Assembly: GCA_048320885.1 (NCBI GenBank)
Contig: JBLWFJ010000001.1
Coordinates: 936,110-968,109, forward strand
DNA: 32,000 bases
Reading direction: 5' to 3'
Origin: Nannocystaceae bacterium ST9
Lineage (GTDB): Bacteria > Myxococcota_A > Polyangia > Nannocystales > Nannocystaceae
Shown: one piece after another, positions 31,972-32,000 of the stretch
Layout of the letters: every line of letters begins with the position of its first letter
Position numbering within the stretch: the first letter of the stretch is position 1
The notes under the pieces: model-generated
What the model was told of the DNA's origin: nothing
The model's input: the letters and a program-made list of their open reading frames with translations, nothing else
The model's database searches: none
Program-made: the position numbers and the translations under genes

Positions 31972-32000
31972 TTGTGATAGATCAGCTCGAAGAGTCGGTG
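31968..32000 (+). CDS. Continuation of the STAND NTPase in the -1 frame (Walker B), partial at the window edge
   Basis: tta att gtg ata gat cag ctc gaa gag tcg gtg translates to LIVIDQLEESV. This is the hhhhDQxEE Walker B motif of this NTPase class. The frame is open from 31926. Confidence 0.5.

Overview
This is a high-GC segment (about 70% by hand count on sample lines, with local dips to 52-60%) that looks like a myxobacterial (Nannocystineae-like) chromosome. I support about 38 protein-coding genes. Every long ORF antisense to a recognisable gene is treated as a high-GC artefact. No rRNA, intact tRNA, CRISPR array, transposase or integrase was seen.

Gene content, left to right:
- 1-1758: the 5' end of a PfaD-family enoyl reductase (edge of a PUFA/polyketide synthase cluster), divergent from a TetR regulator.
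- 1767-5160: an FG-GAP lipoprotein, a TPR-like membrane protein, a pirin and a DUF1272 protein.
- 5333-6189: an ArsR-SRPBCC pair with ATGA overlap.
- 6270-9475: polA and a DUF1877-like gene.
- 9547-12630: a lower-GC block of three uncharacterised lipoproteins, then a TPR lipoprotein.
- 12745-13797: a foreign-looking three-gene module (PTH2-like, small helical protein, stand-alone S24-like peptidase) abutting a degenerate tRNA-like remnant.
- 13944-15146: a BNR/Asp-box lipoprotein.
- 15156-17095: a translationally coupled pair encoding a histone-H1/AlgP-like + BRCT + unknown-domain protein and a pentapeptide-repeat protein.
- 17229-19066: a Cys-rich lipoprotein and a thiolase.
- 19067-19860: a 794-bp non-coding region with a 14-bp tandem repeat.
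- 19861-23257: a small biosynthetic set of ThDP enzyme, FabH-like enzyme (His to Asn) and discrete ACP.
- 23354-28891: a second pirin, a lipoprotein, an LCM-type methyltransferase and a RidA / crotonase / acyl-CoA dehydrogenase / Dph6-like PP-loop operon.

The strongest candidate for an undescribed system is at the right edge (about 28.9-32.0 kb). A SEFIR/TIR-like + CHAT (caspase-fold) effector gene is divergent from a lower-GC gene encoding a Cys-less CHAT-like domain fused to a STAND NTPase. The Walker B motif of that NTPase continues in the -1 frame after an in-frame stop.

All family assignments come from reading motifs by eye. No database search was run.
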